From Naegleria gruberi (lineage: Eukaryota), in assembly GCA_000004985.1 (NCBI GenBank), contig GG738855.1: a stretch of DNA of 64,000 nt. One strand, given 5' to 3'. The translations under genes were made by a program, and so were the position numbers. A model generated the notes under the pieces. That model was not told the DNA's origin. It worked only from the letters and a program-made list of their open reading frames with translations, and did not search any database. This document shows, piece by piece, positions 10,817-21,563 of the stretch. Every line of letters begins with the position of its first letter. Within the stretch, counting starts at the first letter, position 1.

Positions 10817-12253
10817 ATGCTAAATCCCAACCAAACGATTGGAAGAAGAACACCCTCCATCATCACACCCTCTGCATCATTTCAAGATATATCAGAGTTA
10901 CGGAATCAAGAAGAAGAACATGATTTTGAAATTTTGACAACTAGCAATGCAAATTCATCAAATCAAAAATTACATTTTAAAATTATTGTATTAGGAGATT
11001 GTGAATGCGGAAAAACGAATTTAATTAATCGATATATATCAAATTCATATGAAAGAAAGCATGTGCCAACTGTCATTGAATCTTATTCGACAAATGTCAG
11101 CAGTAATGGACAAGATTTTCATATAGAATTGTGGGAATTGAGTAGTTTAAAGAATTATGATGAACTGAGACCGCTTTCTTATTCAAATGTTGATTTATTT
11201 TTTCTATGTTTTGACATTTCAAAACCTTCAACTTTACAATCAATTAAAAAGAAATGGATTCCAGAAATTCAGAAATATTCACCAGATGCTTCATTTTTAA
11301 TTGTTGGATGTAAATCTGATCTAAGAAGAAAATATAGACTTTCCCTAAATGCAAATAGTTTAGAACAAATGAAAGAATTGGACGAATTGACTAGTAGCGA
11401 TGTAGGATCTGAATTTTCACCTTCTAGTTCTAGAACTAGTTCAAATGCTAATTCTAGAAGTAATTTTAGTTCACCAATGCAATCTCCTATTCGTGATTCA
11501 AGTCATTATCACCAACCGTTGGGATATTCAGCAAGTAGTGGTGGTGGATTTGCTCATCACGATCCACGTAGAGATTCTCATATTAGTATAAGTAGTAGTT
11601 TGAGTTCGACGAGTAGTAATAGTCAAACAAAATCTACTAGTAGTTCATCATTTAAATTTAAGAGAAATATTGGGAGTGTTCTATTGAGTGCTATTGGAAA
11701 GAGTGGTTCGAAACAACAACTCACCGACGCACAATCATCACCAATAAGTGATACTTTTGAATCTGCTTCACCACAACAACAGTCAACTATGAATACAAGT
11801 CAGAATAGTGGTGCTAGTAGTTCTACATCATTTGTTTTGGAAATTTCAGATATTGAACTAACAGTTCCACAAAATTCTCCAAAAACTGCTAGGTCTAGAG
11901 GTAAATCAACAACTGCACGATCCAGGTCAATGCCAACCAATGATTGGAAGGACTATATTGATTCTAGAAAATCAGTAGCAACTCCTAGCACTCCAATTGA
12001 TGAAAATTCATTTAAAACACCAAGAGAAACATTCATGGAACAAGATTGTGATAATTCACCACGAGATAATTCAATCGCTGAAAATTGTGTAACATTTGTA
12101 GAAGCTAGGAGATTTGCAACCAAGGTTGGTGCTTGTTGCTATATTGAATGCAGTGCCAAAACCACTCTAGATTTCAAGTCAGTTATCAATGATGGTTTTA
12201 CTCAATTCTTGGAAAATAGAACAAAACGAAAGAAATCTTGCTTAATAATGTAA
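10817..12253 (+). CDS. atypical Rho-family small GTPase-like protein with degenerate catalytic motifs, large Ser-rich insert and C-terminal CAAX (CLIM)
   Basis: ATG at 10817. KIIVLGDCECGKTNLI has the Rho P-loop GDGAxGKT replaced by GDCECGKT. The Rho-diagnostic YDELRPLSY is present but is preceded by LWELSSLKN where DTAGQE is expected, so the DxxG motif and the catalytic Gln are lost. The G4 motif is CKSD, and the G5 motif ECSAKT lies about 260 aa further on after a Ser/Thr-rich low-complexity insert. The protein ends KKSCLIM (CAAX). Confidence 0.6.
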   Translation: MLNPNQTIGRRTPSIITPSASFQDISELRNQEEEHDFEILTTSNANSSNQKLHFKIIVLGDCECGKTNLINRYISNSYERKHVPTVIESYSTNVSSNGQDFHIELWELSSLKNYDELRPLSYSNVDLFFLCFDISKPSTLQSIKKKWIPEIQKYSPDASFLIVGCKSDLRRKYRLSLNANSLEQMKELDELTSSDVGSEFSPSSSRTSSNANSRSNFSSPMQSPIRDSSHYHQPLGYSASSGGGFAHHDPRRDSHISISSSLSSTSSNSQTKSTSSSSFKFKRNIGSVLLSAIGKSGSKQQLTDAQSSPISDTFESASPQQQSTMNTSQNSGASSSTSFVLEISDIELTVPQNSPKTARSRGKSTTARSRSMPTNDWKDYIDSRKSVATPSTPIDENSFKTPRETFMEQDCDNSPRDNSIAENCVTFVEARRFATKVGACCYIECSAKTTLDFKSVINDGFTQFLENRTKRKKSCLIM

Positions 12254-12337
12254 ATATAATCTTGCTTATTATGTTCAAATATTGCTTAATAATGTAAATA
12301 TAAAATAATCTTAATAGATTTCTTAGATTTTTATAAA

Positions 12338-14459
12338 TTATTTCATACTTTTTAATAGTTCATGAATGGAAGGAAGAGCAGATACTTGATTAGTTGATGG
12401 TGATGATTGATTCAGTGGGGAAGGTGGTGGTTGCATTCGCATCATCATGTTTGCTGAAGAAGTTGTGTTGGTTGGTGATTGTCTATTATTGTGAGATAAA
12501 GGAGTTGAATCACTAGAACTACTTCTTGAATAATTCTCCAAAGATGAGAAGGAAGTTGTAGAATAAATATTATTACTACCTGAATGAGCTAGTTGCATAG
12601 ATTGGTCAGCTGCACGTGGAATTTGGAATTGACCATTATTAACAGTTTGAATGTATGGATTGGATTTAAGTGAGGCAGGTGAGGATGAATTGAGTAGTGG
12701 TTGAGCTGGTGGTGTTGAAACATAACTAGATTGTGGTGAAACTTCACTACAATTCTGAGAGGAATAAGATGAAGATAAAAGAGATGAATCAACTCTTTTA
12801 ACTCTTTTAGCATTGTCAATATTGCTTTCATGTTCTCGTTTTCTATTAATCTTAGTATCACCAGCACTGGCATCATCAGAATTAGATTCCTCCTCTTCAA
12901 TGTCACTTCCACTCGATTTTTGAAGTAAATTTCTATCCATTGATAAATTTGCTGAACCAGATGGTCGCTTGATATTTTCAATTTCCGTATCAACTTTTTC
13001 CAATTGAGTTGTAAACTTTTTCTGAGATAGTGGGTTTGATGAATTGTTTTTCATATTTTCCAGAATCTTATCCCTCTTCATGTACAAACTCTTTAATTTT
13101 CTGTACGGCCATCTGTTGATAATTTAATAAACAACAATATAGTGTGAATTAAATAATTGATAGAATTAATTATTGTCATTATTCGAAATTAATACTAACC
13201 TTGGAATATTGAAATGTCTACATAATTTCTTCATTGATGTACTACTAATTCCGATTGCTTCACATGCTTGTTCTAATTTCCAATCAAAGTAAATAGCCAA
13301 TTCTTTAAATTTAATTGTTGTCATGGTAATGTGAGCTTGATGACCATTTGTTCTTTTAGCATTCGATGATGTTGCTTCATTATTCGATGAAACTGGACTA
13401 GATTTTCCACTAGGTGTTGAAGAAGGCACATTAAATGTTGATGATTGTGGTCTTTCACTTGGAGAGCTATTTCCATGCAATGATTGTGATGCAACAACAT
13501 GTTGTTGTGGTTGTGAGAAAGAATTAGATGGACTGGTCAAATTGGATGTTGGTACAGGAGTTGGAAGTGTGGCAAAGGGTCTATTAGATGGGGGTGATGT
13601 TGGAGAGGAATTATACATGTGATTGTTATTCAATGCATGGTTTCTTGTTGAATGCATGTGATGATTGAATACTTGCTGTTGGGCACTAGGATGCACATCA
13701 TAGTTATTGTACTCGTGATGATAATGATATTCGTTATTTACATGTTGTTGCTGCTGTCTGTCCAATCTGTTGGATGATCCAGTCACGGAGGATGACTTTT
13801 CGAAAAATTGAGCTGGTTGTCTGTGGTCGAAGGACATGGAAGAATTATTGGCCATTGTGTGGTGGTGGTCATACTGTTGGCCATGTGGTGGAGATAAAGA
13901 ATACATGTGACCGTGGTCTGGAGCATGGTGATGATGTGAATTCATTCCATACCCAGATTGATGAGAATGATGATGAGGAGGTTGAATTCTCTGATACGAC
14001 ATCATATTGTTATTATCTGCACTACTAATACTTGTCAACTGTGAAGGTGATGGTAGTGAGTCGAAGGTTTCTCTAAGGGGAGGCAGACTTTCTCTGATAG
14101 AAGCTACTGCTACTGTTGGTATTGGCACTGGTAGTAGGTGGTGGTGGTTGTGATGTTGTTATATTGTCTTGGTGTGCTATAACAATTGATAAAGTTGATG
14201 ATCTTCTTAATGATTCCAAGTTATCATAAGCTTGTTCTTTTTTCTTCATAAAGTTTTCATGAGGTTGGTGTTCTGTGCTTTCTATTTGTTGGTTGTGCGT
14301 TGTGTTCGCCGACAATAATCCCTCTGCTGATGTTGTTATTAAGGCAGCGGCTTGTGTTGTTGTTGTTGGTGAATTTTGCTCACTCACAGTGTTAGGAGTT
14401 GTCTTATTAGGATCGGTTGAGGGAAAAGATTTACTTATTGTTGGTACCTCAACGCTCAT
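12338..14459 (-). CDS. RWP-RK domain transcription factor; at least 2 exons (..13200 and 13112..12338), 5' structure unresolved
   Basis: Minus-strand ORFs 13166-14128 and 12338-13087 are joined by an 87-nt intron (about 13113-13199; GTTAGT..CAACAG). Splicing creates the motif ELAIYFDWKLEQACEAIGISSTSMKKLCRHFNIPRWPYRKLKSL, the RWP-RK consensus (..KLCR..GI.RWPyRK). The upstream region carries poly-H, poly-Q and N-rich tracts. A further ORF (14073-14459, start MSVEVPT) abuts in another frame near 14100-14130, so there is either an additional small intron or a frameshift. The M at 14128 in the ORF track is a GTG artefact. Confidence 0.6.
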
Positions 14460-15704
14460 GTTGCAAATTTGGAACTATTAAGAGAACGTTACAGCTGAGA
14501 TATGAAGGGATCAAACTGAAGTCAAATGAAGTCAAAGGAAGCCAGTGAAGAATGAATAAGGAAACTTGTGAAGAAGAATGAAGAGAGTGGAAATCAAACA
14601 GTACAGTCTAACTATTTTGTAGAAATGGTATGCTTTGAATTGCGAACCAAGCGAAAGTGATGTAATACAATGATTTTTTACAAATACTTTTTCTAGTAGA
14701 AGAAGAATGACGAGATTTAACTCTCAAGATAGTTTGTGTGTTCTGTTGGTTGGTGGGGAATGGTGTGTTCCTTGTTGGAATTAATTTGCTGACAGAAACA
14801 CACTGTTATGGAAGTTTAGACAATTTCTTTGAACGAATCGTTTGAGTTACAACAAGTTATTGTTGCGAGTGCCAACAACATTCTCCTCAAGGAGAAACCA
14901 ACCTCTACTCCTCCAAACAATGCAAAGTTTGCATCTCTCAAGTTTGATTTTGTTGTGTTGGTTGGATATGAGAACAAGGCGAAAAACCTTCCATCTTGCG
15001 ATAGTGTGAAACATCGAAACCTTGAAAAATTCAAAATAAAGAAAGAGTAATCCTTATTGCAAGAATTGATTGTTCTCTTAAAAAGTGCCCTTATTCTATA
15101 AAGGCAGTGACTTGGATATAATAGATAATTGATCAGGTAACAATTTTATTCCTGTAGCGAAATTGACTTCGCTCATGTCCTCAAACCTGTCAAAATTTTG
15201 ACAAAACATTTTTTGGTGGAGTTATTGAAATCCAAGGACGTTTCAACAATGGTATGCAAGACAAGTTGCTTTCCAAGTGGTCTTGCTTTGTTTGTGCACT
15301 ATGTACGAGATCTCATCAACTTCAATTATAAGATATATTGAAAATTCGATTGATGTATTTGATGTTCACAACAAACGTTGATATCAAACGATGATGACGA
15401 ATTACTTGCCAAATTGAAAGAAAATTAAATTACCAGTCTGGATGCATATTGTCTATTGTTCAATGCAACTTAAATGATTTCAGTATGAGATTACAATAGC
15501 TATGAAGGTGAACTTGGACAAATTGGTTTCTATTTTCTAGATTTTAATTATGTAAATTGTCTTTTACAAAAATGATAGATATGAACATTTGCTGTAGTTG
15601 AGGTTCATGCAAAACATCTCTAGAACAGCAAATTGTATTACAAAATTAACTATTAAATAATTAACATTAAATAGTTAATATTAAAAGTGCAATAATTTAA
15701 AAAA

Positions 15705-16584
15705 ATGAGTAGTTCATCATCAACAACCACAGACAAGAAACTCTTGGAAAAACAATTGAGAAGTGCCTGCGAATATGATGAAAAAGAAAAGGCTTCAAAC
15801 CTAATTTCGGAACAAGGAGTGGATGTAAATACTTTTGATGAAAGAGTAGGTTTTTTATCATCACCAACAGCATCATCACGTTCTACGAATTTATTCATCC
15901 GATAAGAGTGGAGTAGGTTTTCGGAAGAATTGTGATGTTGAACATTTATAATACTGAATTAAAAATTGATTTTAAATTGAATTGATAAGATGGTGAGTGT
16001 TTGGATTTTTGGAAATTGAATTAATAATTGGAAAATTGTCAAAATTAATTGAATGAATATTAGACACCGTTGATTAATGCTGCTCAATGGGGTAATTTGG
16101 CTATTGTACAAATGTTAATTGAGGAATATCAAGCAAATATTAATCATCAATCAAAGGTATGTAATTGTTTACTGACATTGCATTTTCGAATAATAATTAT
16201 CATAATATTCATTAATAATATTATAATTTCGCAATGTAAAGATTGGAGTAAGTGTTACATTCACACACAATTGGAAAGTTAATTTACTATAAATTAGGAG
16301 GTTTGTAAATGATTTATTGTACAATAATTTGTTACCTCTTCAAAAACTTGTGAAAACCTTCAACAGACAGCTCTTCATTGGGCCAGTTACAATGGACATT
16401 TCGAAGTAGTCAAGTATTTGTTATCTAAGGGAGCTGACAAAAATATCAAGAATAATGTAAGTTTGTTTTTTGAATCGAGAAACATATTCACTTACCCAAA
16501 TAGGCAGGACAAACTCCAGAAGAAATGGCAAGAGATAGAGGTGTTAAAGTACATGTATGCGATTACTTGCGTGATTTTGAATAA
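15705..16584 (+). CDS. small ankyrin-repeat protein (about 134 aa), 4 exons
   Basis: The exons are 15705..15845, 16064..16156, 16367..16456 and 16504..16584, all in phase 0, with introns GTAGGT..TAG, GTATGT..CAG and GTAAGT..TAG. The exons encode TPLINAAQWGNLAIVQMLIEEYQANINHQSK, TALHWASYNGHFEVVKYLLSKGADKNIKNN and AGQTPEEMARDRG, which are canonical ANK repeats. Start is in an aaaaaaATG context; stop TAA at 16582-16584. Confidence 0.55.
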
Positions 16585-16925
16585 AGAAACTATTAGATTG
16601 AAATCGGATACGAACTTCTATCATAAGCCAAGAAGGATTTGACTTTTTCATAACTTTAGGATATGGCACCTGTCCATATCTTGTGAGTCGATCAATAGAA
16701 TCTACTCTATTGATTGACCTATTCAATATCACCAACTTCAGAGATTAAAATTGATTGTGCATTTGTTAGAAAGGACCCTCTTCGTTCTCTAGAGTTAAAT
16801 AGTTAAATCTGTACTACATTGTGCATTTCTTGCTTTATCTTCAAGAACATGTTCTTAATTTCTTGTCTAAATACTTTCTAACAAACTTATTTTACAATAC
16901 TTTGTACTTACCAAAACCTTAAAAA

Positions 16926-17504
16926 ATGAAGATACAAGTGGGAAGTGCATTAACAGCAGAAATTGTTTTGATGAAAAATTGTTCATTTATTGCCAAGTTG
17001 ATCGAATTACAAAAGAGTTCATGCTCTTTGTCGTGTATCAATCCAACAAGAATACCAAGCCTATTTGTTCTTGAATCTAGGCTTCATCATGTTTTACTCT
17101 CCAAATCCGAGAGCAAGGATAGTTGGGGTGAAGATGATCAATCTATTGTTGGATGGAAAACTCAAAATGTTCATACAGAATTAATTTACAAATTAAATCC
17201 AAAGAGAAATATTGGACAAGCTTATAGAAATTTTGGTGCAAGTGTGTCGGATGGAAATCATGTCTTGTGTGTTTGTTGTGATGGTGTGATGAGCATTGAA
17301 GAGTATGTGAAGAGTAATTTTAATCAGGATGAAATGAAGGATACGGAATTTATTTCAGATGAGAAACAGATTGAAGATTATTTGCAAAACAATCTTGACA
17401 CTCAGACAATTACCAAATTATTCAATTTTTCAAAGGAAGAAATTGCTAAATATTCTATAGAATTGAATATGGTTGCCTACTTGGCCATTAGAGATTTTAA
17501 CTAG
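16926..17504 (+). CDS. hypothetical protein
   Basis: A 192-aa ATG ORF (aaaaaATGaag) with no recognisable domain. It carries several Cys (CVCCDG). Confidence 0.3.
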   Translation: MKIQVGSALTAEIVLMKNCSFIAKLIELQKSSCSLSCINPTRIPSLFVLESRLHHVLLSKSESKDSWGEDDQSIVGWKTQNVHTELIYKLNPKRNIGQAYRNFGASVSDGNHVLCVCCDGVMSIEEYVKSNFNQDEMKDTEFISDEKQIEDYLQNNLDTQTITKLFNFSKEEIAKYSIELNMVAYLAIRDFN

Positions 17505-17520
17505 TGATTATGAGAAAGAT

Positions 17521-18418
17521 TTATCCAACATTATTCTCTGTGGGAAGTGGTACTGTTTGATTGGTCTTTTCACTCAACATTTCAATGTTCAAATCATCAA
17601 TATTAATCCCAAGATTGGGATGTCTTGGAATCAGAACTTTTTGTGACATGGCTTTCCCAGTTTTTGGATGATATGCTATTACCTCCACACTTTTCATAAA
17701 TTCGTCAACATCTGTAATTTTAACATCATACTCAAACTTAGTGCTTGGATAGGTTTCCTTATCATTCTCAATCATGAATGCAATGACTTCCTCATGACTC
17801 ATACTTTTTTCTTGAAAAAGTTCTGTACTGAACGGATTTGATGTTTCACATTCTTTTCTAATAATTGATTTTATAATACCAATCATTCTATTGAAAATTA
17901 TTAAATCCATTTCAATATCCTCAATTTGTAACATGATACTCTTTTTGAATTTACTATCTATTCAAATATTATTTGATGATACATCCAAAATAATACATAC
18001 AAACAACTGAAAATGAAGACATCATGGCTGTTGCAATTAATGGTTCAATTAAATATAGATAATGTCTCTTTTCCACATTCAATACTCGTTTTCCATTCTT
18101 TAATTGAGAAATAAATTTCATTAATTTATCAAAATTCAAAATTAAATTTTCCCTCCTCACTGATTTAATAATCATCAAGAATGATAATATGATAATTGAA
18201 ATCCAAATTGATCTGTAAAATTCCATTAAAATCTTCAATTTAAACATGTTATTATCCAATTCCGAAATTCTATCATGATTCGATTGCATCCTTTTCCTCC
18301 GAAATGATGATGGAACCAAATGTTGAATTAATCTTTCCAATCTATCCTTTCCTCGTTGTTGATGCTGTTCTTTTGTTTGCTGTTCTTCTTTATTTGTTGC
18401 AATTATTACTTCTTTCAT
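17521..18418 (-). CDS. hypothetical protein(s); two adjacent minus-strand ORF segments, possibly one spliced gene
   Basis: ORFs 17969-18418 (149 aa, with a hydrophobic segment IWISIIILSFLMII) and 17521-17934 (137 aa). No family is recognised. Relationship between the two segments is unresolved. Confidence 0.25.
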
Positions 18419-18863
18419 TTTTTAGTAATTTAATTTTAAATTACCTTATCAGATTTAATCTTCAAATAGGAATTAATTTCGAATAATTTTTCTGCAGAAT
18501 CACAAAGAATCTTTTTCATAAACCGACACTTTAACATTGAACGATTTCCATGCCTACCCTAAAAATCCCTCAAGAATAAATAAATGGGAGAAATTCGTCA
18601 TCCATTGAACCTACACAAACATCATCATTTGAAAATACACTCATCGTTACTCATCCTAATAATCAGCATCAGCATAGGCTTGGGTATCTTTTTGGTCTTT
18701 ATGAATCTAAAATGTATAAACATGAAAACCTCTAAAAAACAATCAAAAAAAAAATCACCACACCCACCATACAACGAGATCTTTACCTTGTTGTTTTTTG
18801 ATAAATTGTGATACATTTTCATTATAGAAAGATTGCGAGAGAGAACAATCATCGGAATTCAAC

Positions 18864-20670
18864 ATGTCTGCCTCCCACTCTGATACCACCTTATTGTCTG
18901 TTCATACTGAAGGAGAAATGAGAAGACCTTCTCAACACTGGCTTTCTCAAACTACTGAAGTTGAATTTCCAGACAAGTCTATTCATGTTTTCCCATGCCC
19001 TGTAAAGTGTTTTGATATTGCTGTATTGTTGAAGAAACATATGCATATTAAAACAGATATCTATGCTTTGGAAATTAATAATTTAATTACTTCATTGAAT
19101 GAAGTTATTTCCTTTGCCCAAGTAAAGGTTGCTCCAGTTCTTAAAGATAGTGTTGAAGGTCACGCTATCCTCAGACGTAGTTTAGTCTTTTTAGTCGGAT
19201 TGGCAACTCACTTGGAATTCCCAGAACTTTCTTTATCTGTTGAACATTCATTGAGAAGTGGTTATATGATGTAAGTTTTTAATTGTTTATTTATACTAAT
19301 CTCTGAGAAATAGTTGTGTTGATGGAAAAGATGAACTTACTAATGAACAAGTTTCTAAAGTTCAACATAGAATGGAATTATTAGTATCAAAGGATTTACC
19401 AATTTTGACACGTTATGTATCATACGAAATGGCCATGGATTTCTTCCAAAATGTTGTCAAGAGGCCATATACTGCTTCACTTATTTCTGCAAACAATGAT
19501 CCTGCTGTTCCAATTGATTATTGTGACGGAGTTGACCAACAATATTTCGATTTGCATCACAGAACTCTTGTTGCTAGGACAAGCTTTATGAAGAGTACTT
19601 TTACTTTGGAAAAATTCAAGCAAGGATTCAAGCTTTCATTCCCTAATGAACCATATGATTTCGGTCTTGAATTCAATGACGAAACACTTTCTAATGTCTA
19701 TTCCGAATATAATAACTGGGGTAGAATTACAAATACTAGATGTGTTGGTGATTTGAATCAACACGTCAATGATAATACTATCAAATGGTTCATGGCTTTG
19801 AATCATGCTTTGCATGACCAAAAGATTGTTAAAATTGCTTTGGATATTTTCTCTAGAAAGGATAAGGTTAAACTTATCTTGGCTGCTGGCCCAAGTTCAT
19901 CAGGTAAAACTACATTTGCTAAGAAATTGAGTATTCAATTGGAAATTTTGGGTATTAAGCCAGTTACTATCTCAGTTGATGACTATTATAAGCCAAACAA
20001 GGAATGTCCACTTGATGAAAACGGTAATTATGATTTTGAAACCATTGATGCTTTGAGAATTGACTTGTTGAATGACCATCTCGAATCATTGATCAAGGGT
20101 GAAGAAGTCATGTCACCAATTTTCGATTTTAGAAAGGGTGAACCAAAGGCTGTTGGTCGTAAAATTAAATGTTTACCTGGTCAAGTCTTATTGATGGAAG
20201 GTATTCACTGTCTCAATGATAAATTGACTCCAAAGATTCCATCTGAAAACAAGTTCAAGATTTTCCTTGCTCCACTTACTCAATTGAATCTTGACGAAAT
20301 GAACTTTATCAGTAATAATACTACTAGATTGTTGAGAAGAATGGTCAGAGATTTCAACTTTAGAGGTCACTCTGTTACATCAACACTTGATATGTGGCCT
20401 GCTGTTCGTAAGGCTGAACACAAGAATGTTTTCCCATTCATGAAGAATGCAGATGTTGTTTTTAATACTTCACTTGATTACGAATATTCTGTACTCAAAG
20501 TTTATGCCAAGCCTCTTTTGAGTGCTGTCAGTCCACAAAGTCCACATTACAACTCTGCAAGAGAATTGTTGGCATTCTTACGTTATTTCCATGCCATTCC
20601 AGCTGGATCCATTCCTTCTGATTCATTGCTTCGTGAATTCATTGGAGATTCCTTCTTTGATTATGAATAA
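18864..20670 (+). CDS. uridine kinase/phosphoribulokinase-family P-loop kinase-like protein with a roughly 300-aa N-terminal extension; 2 exons (18864..19270, 19314..20670)
   Basis: The ORFs 18864-19274 and 19372-20670 are joined by a 43-nt intron (GTAAGT at 19271; acceptor AATAG|T at 19313), frame-checked. The Walker A motif is ILAAGPSSSGKTTFAKKL, followed by VSVDDYYK and LLMEGIHCLND, a pattern typical of the UK/PRK family. The long N-terminal domain is of unknown function. Confidence 0.55.
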
Positions 20671-20684
20671 ATTGTAAATAATTT

Positions 20685-21182
20685 AAAATTCCTTCTCTTT
20701 CCACAAAAATATTCTGAGTAGTAATTGAATTTCCAAAAAGGCAGGAATAAGGCAACATCCCAAGAAAATCCACCACAAAGTAATTGGATGCCAAGTGTAA
20801 ATAATAAAAAAACAAAATAATAATCCTCCTAATAAATTACAAAAAATCTCAATAACAGAAATTAAATCTTCAAAAAATGTAATACCAGTAAATAATGTAA
20901 CTAATTGTAAAACAACTACAATTAGTGTTAAGGAGCAACATGCTATTATTCTTAATTTCCTTCAATAAAATTCCAAGTAACTAAAAAAACATACTGATCC
21001 GACATTGATGAAACATCATTGTTGAATTGTTCTTCTGTGAGGTAAGTTTTAGTTGATGAGTAGATGGCTTTTTCAATGTTCCTATATCGTTCATACAAAA
21101 GCACAATAACGATAATAAAGAAACCTAAGGTAATCAAAAAACGAGCGGGAACAAGAGTATTGGTGTAAATAGTTGTAGTCAT
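20685..21182 (-). CDS. small multi-pass membrane protein (hypothetical), probably 2 exons
   Basis: Minus ORF 20952-21182 (MTTTIYTNTLVPARFLITLGFFIIVIVLLYERY...) is followed after a probable intron (GTATGT near 20950) by an open frame encoding hydrophobic segments (LTLIVVVLQLVTLFTGITFF...LLGGLLFCFFIIYTWHPITLWWIFLGCCLIPAF). The stop lies about 15 nt from the convergent stop of the upstream + gene. Confidence 0.3.
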
Positions 21183-21563
21183 TTTTTTGTATTTATTAAT
21201 GACGCAAGTAATTCTAAAAAAGAAGTCAACTCTTCTTTTACATTACAAGTTGTCAAGATAGGTAATTTATTGACAAGAGAGTTAATAAAGTTGTCTAGCA
21301 AAACCTAGACAGTAGCTGAAGATACAGATTGAGTGTATCCTCAAAATAATGAAAAAAATCCAAAACTGTGAGGCAAACAAAAAGCTAAAATTAGAGAAAC
21401 CTAAGTTTGGTATTTCTCTATAACATCATAAGATGCTATAATAATTTCCAACACTGCTACCGATACTAATCTTTGAGTTGGTACATTGACTCGTAGCTAT
21501 TTGAATTTTTTAGCCTGATACCCTCTCACCAACAAATTAAGTGCTCCTCTTTTGAGTGTGAGC

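Noticed and set aside
12338-14459. Considering a dictyostelid origin because of poly-Q/N/H tracts and AT-richness
   Set aside because: Dictyostelids lack cilia, whereas this window encodes CFAP58, kinesin-9A/9B, ARMC9 and a dynein-IC-like protein. Organism identity was left open (flagellated protist or zoosporic lineage).
14460-15700. 1.2 kb gene-poor region upstream of the RWP-RK gene and ankyrin gene, scanned for tRNA/ncRNA
   Set aside because: No cloverleaf-compatible segment, A/B box pair or conserved snRNA motif recognised by eye. It contains GAAG-rich repeats that look like UTR/promoter sequence, so no RNA gene was called.
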